Shown here: piece by piece, positions 8,896 through 18,160 of the stretch
Layout: each line of letters begins with the position of its first letter
Position numbering within the stretch: position 1 is the first letter of the stretch
Source: an uncultured bacterium
Lineage (GTDB): Bacteria; Actinomycetota; Actinomycetes; S36-B12
Direction: 5' to 3'
Assembly: GCA_903954205.1 (NCBI GenBank)
Contig: CAJBMR010000261.1
Coordinates: 1 to 29,012 of the forward strand
Length of the DNA: 29,012 nt
Notes under the pieces: model-generated
Seen by the model: the letters and a program-made list of their open reading frames with translations, nothing else
The model's database searches: none
Told to the model about the DNA's origin: nothing
Position numbers and translations under genes: made by a program

Positions 8896-9651
8896 ATGTC
8901 AGCGGTAGCGGTGCTGTCCCTCAAGGGTGGCGTGGGCAAGAGCACAACCGTGCTCGGCCTGGCTGGCGCCGCGTGGGCTCGGGGTATCCGGGTGCTCGTC
9001 ATCGATCTGGACCCGCAGGCCAATGCGACCGTGGCACTCGACCCGCCACCCTTCTCCTTCACCATCGGAGATGTCCTGGCCGATGGTCGCCCGGGCATCG
9101 CCCGTGAGGCCATCGTGAGCACCGGCTGGGGCCCGCAGGTCGATCTGCTTCCCAGTGAGGAGGCGGTGGCCCACCGCAACCGCCCGGAGGGCCAGGACTC
9201 TGCCACGCGCCTGCGCGTGAGCCTGGCGGGCGTGATCGACGGCTACGACCTCATCCTCATCGACTGCCCGCCGTCGCTGGATGAGCTGACCCGCAATGGC
9301 CTGGCCGCGGCAGAGAGTGCACTCGTCGTCACCGAGCCGGGCTTCTTCGCGCTGCAGGGAGCCACGCGCGCGCTGCTCGCGGTCGAGGCTGCGCGCACGT
9401 CGGTCAACCTGCGCCTGCAGCCCGCGGGGGTGCTCGTCAATCGTGTGCGCAGCAACCTCTCGGAGCATCGCTACCGCATCGAAGAGTTGAGGCAGGTGTA
9501 CGGCGACCTCGTGCTCGACCCGGTCATCCCCGAGCGCTCCGCCGTTCAGCAGGCCCAGGGAGCAGGCGTGCCCGTGCAGGCCTGGCGCTCCCCCGGTGCT
9601 GCCGAAGTGAGTGACGCCTTTGACGACATCCTCGACCGCCTGCTCGCCTGA
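8896..9651 (+). CDS. Orphan ParA/Soj-family ATPase (251 aa)
   Basis: Deviant Walker A SLKGGVGKSTT, VLVIDLDPQANAT, YDLILIDCPPSL..LTRNGLAAA, GVLVN, IPER.AVQQAQ..G.PV. No parB nearby. Confidence 0.92.
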   Translation: MSAVAVLSLKGGVGKSTTVLGLAGAAWARGIRVLVIDLDPQANATVALDPPPFSFTIGDVLADGRPGIAREAIVSTGWGPQVDLLPSEEAVAHRNRPEGQDSATRLRVSLAGVIDGYDLILIDCPPSLDELTRNGLAAAESALVVTEPGFFALQGATRALLAVEAARTSVNLRLQPAGVLVNRVRSNLSEHRYRIEELRQVYGDLVLDPVIPERSAVQQAQGAGVPVQAWRSPGAAEVSDAFDDILDRLLA

Positions 9652-9690
9652 CCGACGTACTGTTGGCCCACAGCCCACTCCGGAGGACCC

Positions 9691-10008
9691 ATGGCACCGC
9701 AGACGCCTCGACCCGCGCTGAGCCGCGCCCCCGATGCTGAACTCCACCCCGTGAGCGGGCGACCCCTGCCCGCGCCCGTGCCCGGCGGCGTCAAGGAGAG
9801 CAAGGAGAAGCCGAAGGCCAAGAGCCTCAAGGCCGGCAAGGGCGCGACATCCGCCGACGCCATCACAGGGCCCGCCAAGGACAAGTACGTCGACCTCGGC
9901 GCGCGCGTGCCAAAGTCGGTGCGCAAGCGACTGCGAGCCGAGGCGAAGGCACAGGCGCTCGCACCCGACGAACTGCTCTCCCGCATCCTCGACGCCTACC
10001 TGCCATAG
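9691..10008 (+). CDS. Small protein with a disordered N-terminal tail and a predicted C-terminal ribbon-helix-helix domain (ParG-like architecture)
   Basis: SD GGAGG 5 nt before the ATG. Pro/Lys-rich low-complexity N-half, then YVDLGARVP (strand), KSVRKRLRAEAKAQ (helix), PDELLSRILDAYL (helix). Confidence 0.65.
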   Translation: MAPQTPRPALSRAPDAELHPVSGRPLPAPVPGGVKESKEKPKAKSLKAGKGATSADAITGPAKDKYVDLGARVPKSVRKRLRAEAKAQALAPDELLSRILDAYLP

Positions 10009-10090
10009 GCCGAGCGCACCGCCTCGCATACCTGCCGTAGGCCGAGCATCGCCTCGCCTACCTGCCGTAGGCCGAGCGCATCGCCTCGCA
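9994..10090 (+). repeat. Three tandem 30-32 bp repeats, each with a GCCTAC-N5-GTAGGC-type hairpin
   Basis: Units at 9994-10025, 10026-10055 and 10056-10087: GC(C/A)TACCTGCC(A/G)TAGGCCGAGC(GC)A(C/T)CGCCTC. The first unit overlaps the RHH gene's last codons and stop. Confidence 0.9.
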
Positions 10091-10092
10091 AG

Positions 10093-10144
10093 AACGACGC
10101 TTGGGGACACCCATGGGTGTCCGTGAGTGTCCCCAAGCGTCGTT
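10093..10144. terminator. Perfect 18-bp inverted repeat between convergent genes (likely bidirectional terminator) with a nested 18-bp palindrome
   Basis: AACGACGCTTGGGGACAC (10093-10110) / GTGTCCCCAAGCGTCGTT (10127-10144); GGACACCCATGGGTGTCC (10105-10122) is self-complementary. Confidence 0.7.
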
Positions 10145-10163
10145 AACGGATGTGAGTGGGTGG

Positions 10164-11417
10164 CTAGGGCACGGGGTGCTCGGCGTCGTATCTAAGGAAT
10201 GCCGGGACGGCCGCCACGAGCGCACCCGTGAAGACGAGGCAGAGCAGTCCTCCCGAGACGGCAGACACGGTCTCGCCAAAGACCCCGGCCACAGCACCGG
10301 CCTCGACATCGCCGAGGCGCGGTCCGCCCACCACGACAACGGTGAAGATGCCCTGCAGCCGCCCGCGATAGTCGTCGGGTGTCGCTGCCTGCAGGATCGT
10401 CGAGCGGAAGATCGCGCTCACCGCGTCCGCTCCGCCCGCGATGGCAAGCAGGACGAGCGCCACGGGGAGGGACCGGACGAGGCCGAAGACCGCGATGGCC
10501 CCACCCCAGATGCAGATGGAGATGACGACAGCGAGCCCCTGACGACGAACCTTGCCGAGCGGCCCGGAGAGGACGGTGGCGACGATGGATCCCACAGCGG
10601 GCGCAGCTGACAGCAGGCCGACAATGAGGGCGACGTCGGCGAGCGAGCCTCCGTACCAAGCCGTGGCAATGGCGGGGAAGAGGGCGCGCGGCATGCCGAA
10701 GACCATTGCGACGATGTCGAGATAGAAGGACATCTGCAGGTTGCGCTTGCCCCTGAGGAAACGGATCCCCTCGAGCACACTGCGCCAGCCGCGCGCGGCA
10801 TTGGGAGCGACACCCTCCGGCGGGAGCGAGGGCAGGCGCCACATCGCCCAGACAGCGATGCCGAAGACGACGAGATCGAGGAGGTAGACCGTCGACACCG
10901 TGCCTGTGCCGGCGATGAGGAGGCCCGCGATCACCGGCCCGATCGTGAAGGCAAGCCCCCAGGTCAACGTATTGAGCGCATTGGCCGCGGGCAGCAGGTG
11001 CAGGGGCACCAGCCGGGGGACGATGGCCTGGCGCGCCGGATTGGCGACGGCGAAGAAGCCCGACTGCACCGCGATGATCGCGTAGAGCAGCGCGACCGAG
11101 TCTGCTCCGGCGAGGGACTGCAGGACGAAGTCCAGCGTGCTGGCCCACAGCCCAACCGTCGCGATAAGCGCCACCTTCCGGCGATCGAAGCGGTCAATCA
11201 GCGCACCGCCGTAGAGGCCGAGGACGACGAGTGGCACGAGTTGGAAGAGGCCGGTGAGACCCACCGCCCAGGAGGATCCCGTGAGGTCGTAGACCTCGAG
11301 CGCGACGGCGACCGACGTCATCTGCTGGCCAGCCGTGCCCACGCTGTGCCCGATCCACAGACGCCGGAAGGGGGCGCTTTCGCGCAGGGGGGTGAGGTCG
11401 ACGAAGAGTCGGGCCAT
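10164..11417 (-). CDS. MFS transporter (EntS/MFS_3-like, 417 aa)
   Basis: LFVDLTPLRES..FRRLW.G, VALEVYDLTGSSWAVG, GGALIDRFDRR (motif A), multiple TM helices, DYRGRLQG.FTVVV.GGPRLGD. Start ATG 11417 directly after the pdxH stop. Confidence 0.9.
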   Translation of the reverse strand: MARLFVDLTPLRESAPFRRLWIGHSVGTAGQQMTSVAVALEVYDLTGSSWAVGLTGLFQLVPLVVLGLYGGALIDRFDRRKVALIATVGLWASTLDFVLQSLAGADSVALLYAIIAVQSGFFAVANPARQAIVPRLVPLHLLPAANALNTLTWGLAFTIGPVIAGLLIAGTGTVSTVYLLDLVVFGIAVWAMWRLPSLPPEGVAPNAARGWRSVLEGIRFLRGKRNLQMSFYLDIVAMVFGMPRALFPAIATAWYGGSLADVALIVGLLSAAPAVGSIVATVLSGPLGKVRRQGLAVVISICIWGGAIAVFGLVRSLPVALVLLAIAGGADAVSAIFRSTILQAATPDDYRGRLQGIFTVVVVGGPRLGDVEAGAVAGVFGETVSAVSGGLLCLVFTGALVAAVPAFLRYDAEHPVP

Positions 11418-11418
11418 C

Positions 11419-12084
11419 TCAGGGTGAGAGTCGCTCGACGACCCACGCTCCCGCGTCGTCGAGTCCGCCGTCGCGCACGCGGCGATAGCGGAGCCGATCA
11501 TGCAGGCGCGACTCGCGTCCCTGCCAGAACTCCACGGACTCGGGTACGACGATCCACCCACCCCAGAAGTCAGGCAGCGGCACGTCATCGGGGAATCGCT
11601 CGAGCATCTGTGCGTGGCGATCGTCGAGCACTGCGCGATCGTCGATGATCTCGGACTGCCGGCTCGCCCACGCGCCGAGGCGCGAGCCGTGCGGACGCGA
11701 GGCGAAGTAGTCCGCGGCCTCGTCGCGCGACACCTCGATGGTCGCGCCGACGACAACGACCTGCCGATGAAGGGGCAACCACGGGAAGACGCATGCCGCT
11801 CGACGTGTGGCCTCGAGTTCACGTCCCTTGCGCGAGGCGAGGTTGGTGTAGAAGGCGAAGCCGCGCGCGTCGGCCTCTTTCAGAAGCACGGTGCGCGCAC
11901 TCGGCACCCCCTCGGCCGACACAGTCGAGAGGACCATGGCATTGGGCTCCACGATCCCTTCCGCGACCGCGTCTGCCAACCACTGCCGGAATTGCGCCAG
12001 GGGATTCGGGGCGAGGTCTGCCTCGACCAGGGTGCCCCGGTCATAGGCCAGGCGCATCGCCCTGAGGTCGTGCTCGTCCGTCAC
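11419..12084 (-). CDS. pdxH: Pyridoxine/pyridoxamine 5'-phosphate oxidase
   Basis: EPNAM.LST....G.PSARTVLLK, F.FYTN..SRKG.EL, FPW..L.RQV, YFASRP.GS.LGAWAS.QS, P.FWGG, VEFWQGR.SRLHDR. Confidence 0.96.
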   Translation of the reverse strand: MTDEHDLRAMRLAYDRGTLVEADLAPNPLAQFRQWLADAVAEGIVEPNAMVLSTVSAEGVPSARTVLLKEADARGFAFYTNLASRKGRELEATRRAACVFPWLPLHRQVVVVGATIEVSRDEAADYFASRPHGSRLGAWASRQSEIIDDRAVLDDRHAQMLERFPDDVPLPDFWGGWIVVPESVEFWQGRESRLHDRLRYRRVRDGGLDDAGAWVVERLSP

Positions 12085-12209
12085 GGGCCGATCCCATCAC
12101 GACCCGGTCCGGCCGGCACCGCCGACTCAGCGGAGGAGCCTGCCCGATCGGGGACGCTGCCTCCGCCGCCCCGCAAACCGGTGCGCCGGCCGTGGGGTTG
12201 AATGGGCCC

Positions 12210-13367
12210 ATGAGCGATTTCGTGCCCGGCCTCGAGGGTGTCGTCGCATTCGAGACCCAGATCGCCGAGCCCGATCGGGACGGCGGCTCGCTGCGCTACC
12301 GCGGCATCGACATCGAGGACCTCGTAGGGCGGGTGTCGTATGGCAACGTCTGGGGCCTGCTCGTCGACAACGAGTTCAACCCGGGCCTCCCGCCCGCTGA
12401 GCCATACCCGATTCCTGTCCACTCCGGCGACGTGCGCGTCGACGTGCAGTCGGCCATTGCGATGCTCGCGCCGGGATGGGGCCTCAAGCCGCTGCTCGAC
12501 ATCGATGACGACACGGCACGCGAGAATCTCGCGCACGTCTCGGTCATGGCCATGTCTTTCGTGGCGCAGGCCGCCCGCGGCCTCGGCGTACCCATGGTCC
12601 CCCAGACCCGTATCGATGACGCGAGCACGATCGTGGAGCGCTTCATGACACGCTGGCGTGGGGAGCCGGATCCCCGCCACGTCCAGGCCGTCGACGCCTA
12701 CTTCGTGTCTGCCGCCGAGCACGGCATGAACGCCTCGACATTCACGGCTCGCGTGATCGCATCGACCGGTGCGGACGTCGCAGCCGCCATCTCCGGCGCC
12801 ATTGGCGCCATGAGCGGTCCGCTGCACGGCGGTGCGCCCTCACGCGTGCTCGGCATGATCCAAGAAATTGAGCGCACCGGCGATGCCGAGGGCTACGTCC
12901 GCGGCGTACTCGATCGCGGCCAGCGCCTCATGGGCTTCGGTCACCGCGTCTATCGCGCCGAAGATCCCCGCGCCCGAGTGCTCCGGCGTACGGCGCAGGA
13001 GCTCAATGCACCGCGCTACGAGGTCGCACTCGCGCTCGAGACTGCCGCACTCACCGAACTTCGTTCCCGTCGACCCGATCGCATCCTAGAGACGAACGTC
13101 GAGTTCTGGGCGGCGATCATGCTCGACTTCGCCGAGGTACCCCCTCAGATGTTCACCTCGATGTTCACCTGCGCTCGACTCGCTGGGTGGAGTGCTCACG
13201 TCTTGGAGCAGAAGCGCACCGGTCGACTCGTGCGCCCATCGGCAAGGTACGTCGGTCCCGGGCCGCGCATCCCCGAGGCAGTGCCCGGCTGGGATGCGCA
13301 GATGGTCGCTCCATCGGGCTACACCCCATCGACGCGCGAATCCCGGCCGACCTCGGTCCGACGCTGA
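12210..13367 (+). CDS. citA: Citrate synthase 2 (actinobacterial CitA type)
   Basis: MSDFVPGLEGVVAFET.IAEPD..GG.LRYRG.DIEDL, SAAEHGMNASTFTARV.ASTGAD, SGPLHGGAP, MGFGHRVYRAEDPRA, NVEFWAA..LD. Confidence 0.95.
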   Translation: MSDFVPGLEGVVAFETQIAEPDRDGGSLRYRGIDIEDLVGRVSYGNVWGLLVDNEFNPGLPPAEPYPIPVHSGDVRVDVQSAIAMLAPGWGLKPLLDIDDDTARENLAHVSVMAMSFVAQAARGLGVPMVPQTRIDDASTIVERFMTRWRGEPDPRHVQAVDAYFVSAAEHGMNASTFTARVIASTGADVAAAISGAIGAMSGPLHGGAPSRVLGMIQEIERTGDAEGYVRGVLDRGQRLMGFGHRVYRAEDPRARVLRRTAQELNAPRYEVALALETAALTELRSRRPDRILETNVEFWAAIMLDFAEVPPQMFTSMFTCARLAGWSAHVLEQKRTGRLVRPSARYVGPGPRIPEAVPGWDAQMVAPSGYTPSTRESRPTSVRR

Positions 13368-13383
13368 GATCTGCACTGCGTAG

Positions 13384-15698
<2,315 letters not shown>

Positions 15699-15787
15699 GG
15701 CTCACGCTGTCAGAGGTGGGATCTACGCTCGCGTTATGCACGCGATGCGAGCAGCGGCCGTCGAATGCAGTCGCCGTCCGCCGATTG

Positions 15788-15943
15788 CTATCCACAGGTG
15801 CACTGCGTCGCACGCTGGCAACCTTGCCAGCACCCGCCGTCATCCACAGGTTCGTCAAGGTCGACGCTGGCAACCTTGCCACGGGCCGGCGTTATCCACA
15901 GGTACGCCGAATCTGCCGCTGGCAACCTTGCCAAGGGCCGGTG
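15788..15943 (+). repeat. Three 52-bp-phased units: DnaA-box-like 9-mer (NNATCCACA)GGT - N13 - CGCTGGCAACCTTGCCA - N10
   Basis: ATCCACAGGT at 15790, 15842 and 15894; CGCTGGCAACCTTGCCA at 15813, 15865 and 15917. Spacers are constant in length and differ in sequence. The period is not a multiple of 3, so the array is non-coding. Confidence 0.92.
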
Positions 15944-16004
15944 TGAAGCGCGGTATTCGAGGCGGAAGGCCGGGATGGGGCAACCCCGCTAGTCGAGGTC
16001 GCGG

Positions 16005-16091
16005 TCAGCGCGTGAGAGCGGCCACGATGACGGCAGCAACCAGGAGTACGAGGACCCCTACGGTCACGAGGCGTCGCGCGCGGTGGTCCAT
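16005..16091 (-). CDS. Unannotated 28-aa single-pass membrane peptide MDHRARRLVTVGVLVLLVAAVIVAALTR
   Basis: Translated by hand from ATG 16091 to TGA 16005: basic N-terminus, about 19 hydrophobic residues, C-terminal Arg. TAGAGT -10 box exactly 6 nt upstream, as for neighbouring leaderless genes. Confidence 0.7.
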   Translation of the reverse strand: MDHRARRLVTVGVLVLLVAAVIVAALTR

Positions 16092-16144
16092 ATGACCACT
16101 CTAGGGATGCCCGACCGCGCATACCGACCCGCTAGCCTGCCGGT

Positions 16145-16402
16145 GTGGACGCACGCCTCACGATCGAGCAGATCGAGGCTGACCCTGCCCTGCGCAGCCG
16201 GGACGACGACGGAGTAGCGGCGATCGCCACAGGCACCGTGCTGTGGATTTTCGCGCTCGTCGCGGTGCTGGTCTGGGGGTCCGCATGGGGCGTGGACACT
16301 GAGCGGTGGACCCTGGTGTGCGCCATCGGGGCTCTACTGGGGATCCCGGGGCTGGCCCTCGTGCTCGGCCGGCGCCACAGGCGCCGCTCGCGTCAGTCCT
16401 GA
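16145..16402 (+). CDS. DUF2530-like small membrane protein
   Basis: DP.L...DDDGVAAIATGTVLW..AL, W..VCAIGA.LGI.GL plus an Arg-rich tail; position next to DUF3027 as in Rv0879c/Rv0877; TAGCCT 6 nt before the GTG. Confidence 0.8.
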   Translation: MDARLTIEQIEADPALRSRDDDGVAAIATGTVLWIFALVAVLVWGSAWGVDTERWTLVCAIGALLGIPGLALVLGRRHRRRSRQS

Positions 16403-17280
16403 TCGGCTGAGTCGGACGCCTCGTCGGCATCATCCGAGGCGTCAGCCAACTCCTCGCTAACGACGAACTCCTCCACGGTGGCCGCAATGTCCTGCGTCAC
16501 GGCTTCGACAACCTCGTCGACGATCGCATCCGCCTGGTCCAGGTCGAGAGCGTCGAAGCCCACGAAGTCCTGGGTGGGGGCGCCCACCGGCTCCTTCTCG
16601 GCGAGGGCGATCTCGGAGTGAGCTCCGCACCCAAAGGCCAGTGACACGACGCAACCATCGGCAGGCGACATGTCGTGGGCGCAGACCCCGAAGGCCTGGC
16701 TGAGGGGACCGCCGATGGGCAGGAGGAATCCGCATGATGCGCACGTCTGCGACACCGAGCGCGCCATCGGTGCCTCCGGGCCGCGCTCGCCGGACCACCA
16801 ACGGTCCGCAGCATCGTCGCGGCCGTGAGCCGAGAGCACGCGGGATCGGCCGAGACCGATCTCCCACTGGCTGGGGTGGACGGGGCTGCGGTCGGTCGCA
16901 CCCTCCAGGTCATACAGCCCCGTGAGACCAGCCGTGAGTCGCGGGTCGTCTGCGGGCGTCGGCCAGATGGTGCCGACGGCCAGGTCACCGGGACGCACGC
17001 GCTCAGCCCACGGCACCCAGGTCGGAGCCACAAGGGCCTCGGGTCCGGGCAGCAGGACCACCTCGTCCACGGTCGCGGCCTTGGCTCGCGGTGCGCGAGC
17101 GACGGTCACCGACCAGCGCCAGCCGACGTACGCCGGATCAAGGCACGCGAAGTAATGGGTGGCCACGCGCTCGTCGTCGAACTCGACACCGACGTGATCG
17201 CCGACCGTCCCCCAGGGCGCGTCCTCCTCGGCAGCGACGCGAGCAAGATCGGTGGACTTCGAGAGCACGGTGTCAGACAT
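16393..17280 (-). CDS. DUF3027 domain protein (Rv0877-like, 295 aa) with an acidic C-terminal tail
   Basis: ATHYFAC.DP.Y.GWRW.VTVAR, TVDEVVLLPG..AL.AP.WVPW.ERVRPGDL, EIGLGR.RVLS..GR..A..RW..G..GP, C.SCGF, FGVC.....PADG.VV...FGCGAHS. Confidence 0.9.
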   Translation of the reverse strand: MSDTVLSKSTDLARVAAEEDAPWGTVGDHVGVEFDDERVATHYFACLDPAYVGWRWSVTVARAPRAKAATVDEVVLLPGPEALVAPTWVPWAERVRPGDLAVGTIWPTPADDPRLTAGLTGLYDLEGATDRSPVHPSQWEIGLGRSRVLSAHGRDDAADRWWSGERGPEAPMARSVSQTCASCGFLLPIGGPLSQAFGVCAHDMSPADGCVVSLAFGCGAHSEIALAEKEPVGAPTQDFVGFDALDLDQADAIVDEVVEAVTQDIAATVEEFVVSEELADASDDADEASDSADQD

Positions 17281-17287
17281 CAGCGCA

Positions 17288-17764
17288 TCACTCCACTCCG
17301 GGCGAAGGGATGAGTTGGAAGACCCACAGGCCGAGAGTCCCCTCGGCACCCGCCACGACCTGGAGCGAAACCCCGTCGGCCGGGACCTCCTGCAGGTCGG
17401 GGTAGGTGAAGCGGTAGTACGTCGAGGTGATGGGCTGTTGCGTGAGTCGCTGGGAGCCGATGACCGGGTACCAGCCCGCGTCCGCCACCACCGGATCGAC
17501 GCTGATGCCGATGACCTGACCGGGAATCACCGGGATGCGAGCGACGTCGGCCCCGTCGAGTGCCTCGGTCACCACATCCTGAGCGCAGGTCTCTGCACTC
17601 AAGGGCTCACCGTCGAATGACCAGCACAGTGCCGCTCGGTTCGCTGACGTCATGCCCGACACGACGGAGACGCCGGGCGGGGGCTTCTCGCACGCGGTCA
17701 GCGCAAGGACACCCACGAGGGCGAGGGAACCCGCAAGCACGGGACGGCCGAATCGGCGCAGCAT
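17288..17764 (-). CDS. Putative lipoprotein (DUF2771/Rv0875c-like by position)
   Basis: Signal peptide with lipobox LTA-C (MLRRFGRPVLAGSLALVGVLALTAC), followed by KP.P.V.V.SG; lies between cspB and DUF3027. Confidence 0.7.
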   Translation of the reverse strand: MLRRFGRPVLAGSLALVGVLALTACEKPPPGVSVVSGMTSANRAALCWSFDGEPLSAETCAQDVVTEALDGADVARIPVIPGQVIGISVDPVVADAGWYPVIGSQRLTQQPITSTYYRFTYPDLQEVPADGVSLQVVAGAEGTLGLWVFQLIPSPGVE

Positions 17765-17776
17765 GGGATCGGCCCC

Positions 17777-18160
17777 TCAGACGTCGAAGTCGTCGGCGAC
17801 GGCCCGCATGACGGCGGCGAGCTTGCGGCAGTGGTCGTCGCTCGGGTAGCGGCCACGGCGGAGTTGATTGGAAGCGCTGTCCATAAGCTTGATGAGGTCC
17901 TCGAGGATGATGGCGACATCCTCCGCGGGCTTGCGCCCCGCCTTGACGATGGAGGTCGGCTGCTCGAGAACGGTGACACTCAGGGCCTGCTTGCCGCGCT
18001 TGCCATCGACGACGCCGAACTCGACCTTCGCACCCTGCTTGAGCGAGGTGGTGCCCGCAGGCAGCACCGAGGCATGCACGAACACATCCTCGCCGTCGTC
18101 CGACGCAAGGAAGCCGAAGCCCTTGTCCACGTCGTACCACCTGACCTTGCCGGTCGGCAT
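17777..18160 (-). CDS. cspB: Cold-shock domain protein with a C-terminal helical extension (CspB/Rv0871 type, 127 aa)
   Basis: MPTGKVRWYD..KGFGF (RNP1), DVFVH (RNP2), L..G..VEF.V.DG.RG.QA, then K.AED...I.EDLI..MD.....LRRGRYP.....KLA.V.RAVAD.FD. Confidence 0.9.
   Translation of the reverse strand: MPTGKVRWYDVDKGFGFLASDDGEDVFVHASVLPAGTTSLKQGAKVEFGVVDGKRGKQALSVTVLEQPTSIVKAGRKPAEDVAIILEDLIKLMDSASNQLRRGRYPSDDHCRKLAAVMRAVADDFDV

Noticed and set aside
8896-10144. Integrated plasmid or prophage carrying the ParA module
   Set aside because: No integrase, rep, relaxase, phage genes, att-like direct repeats or composition shift were seen around it.
15788-15943. Mini CRISPR array
   Set aside because: Constant blocks alternate with 13- and 10-nt variable segments, far too short for spacers; two different constant blocks per unit; no cas genes in the window.
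15788-15943. The chromosomal oriC
   Set aside because: No dnaA, dnaN, rpmH or gyrB nearby and no AT-rich unwinding element; only 3-4 boxes.
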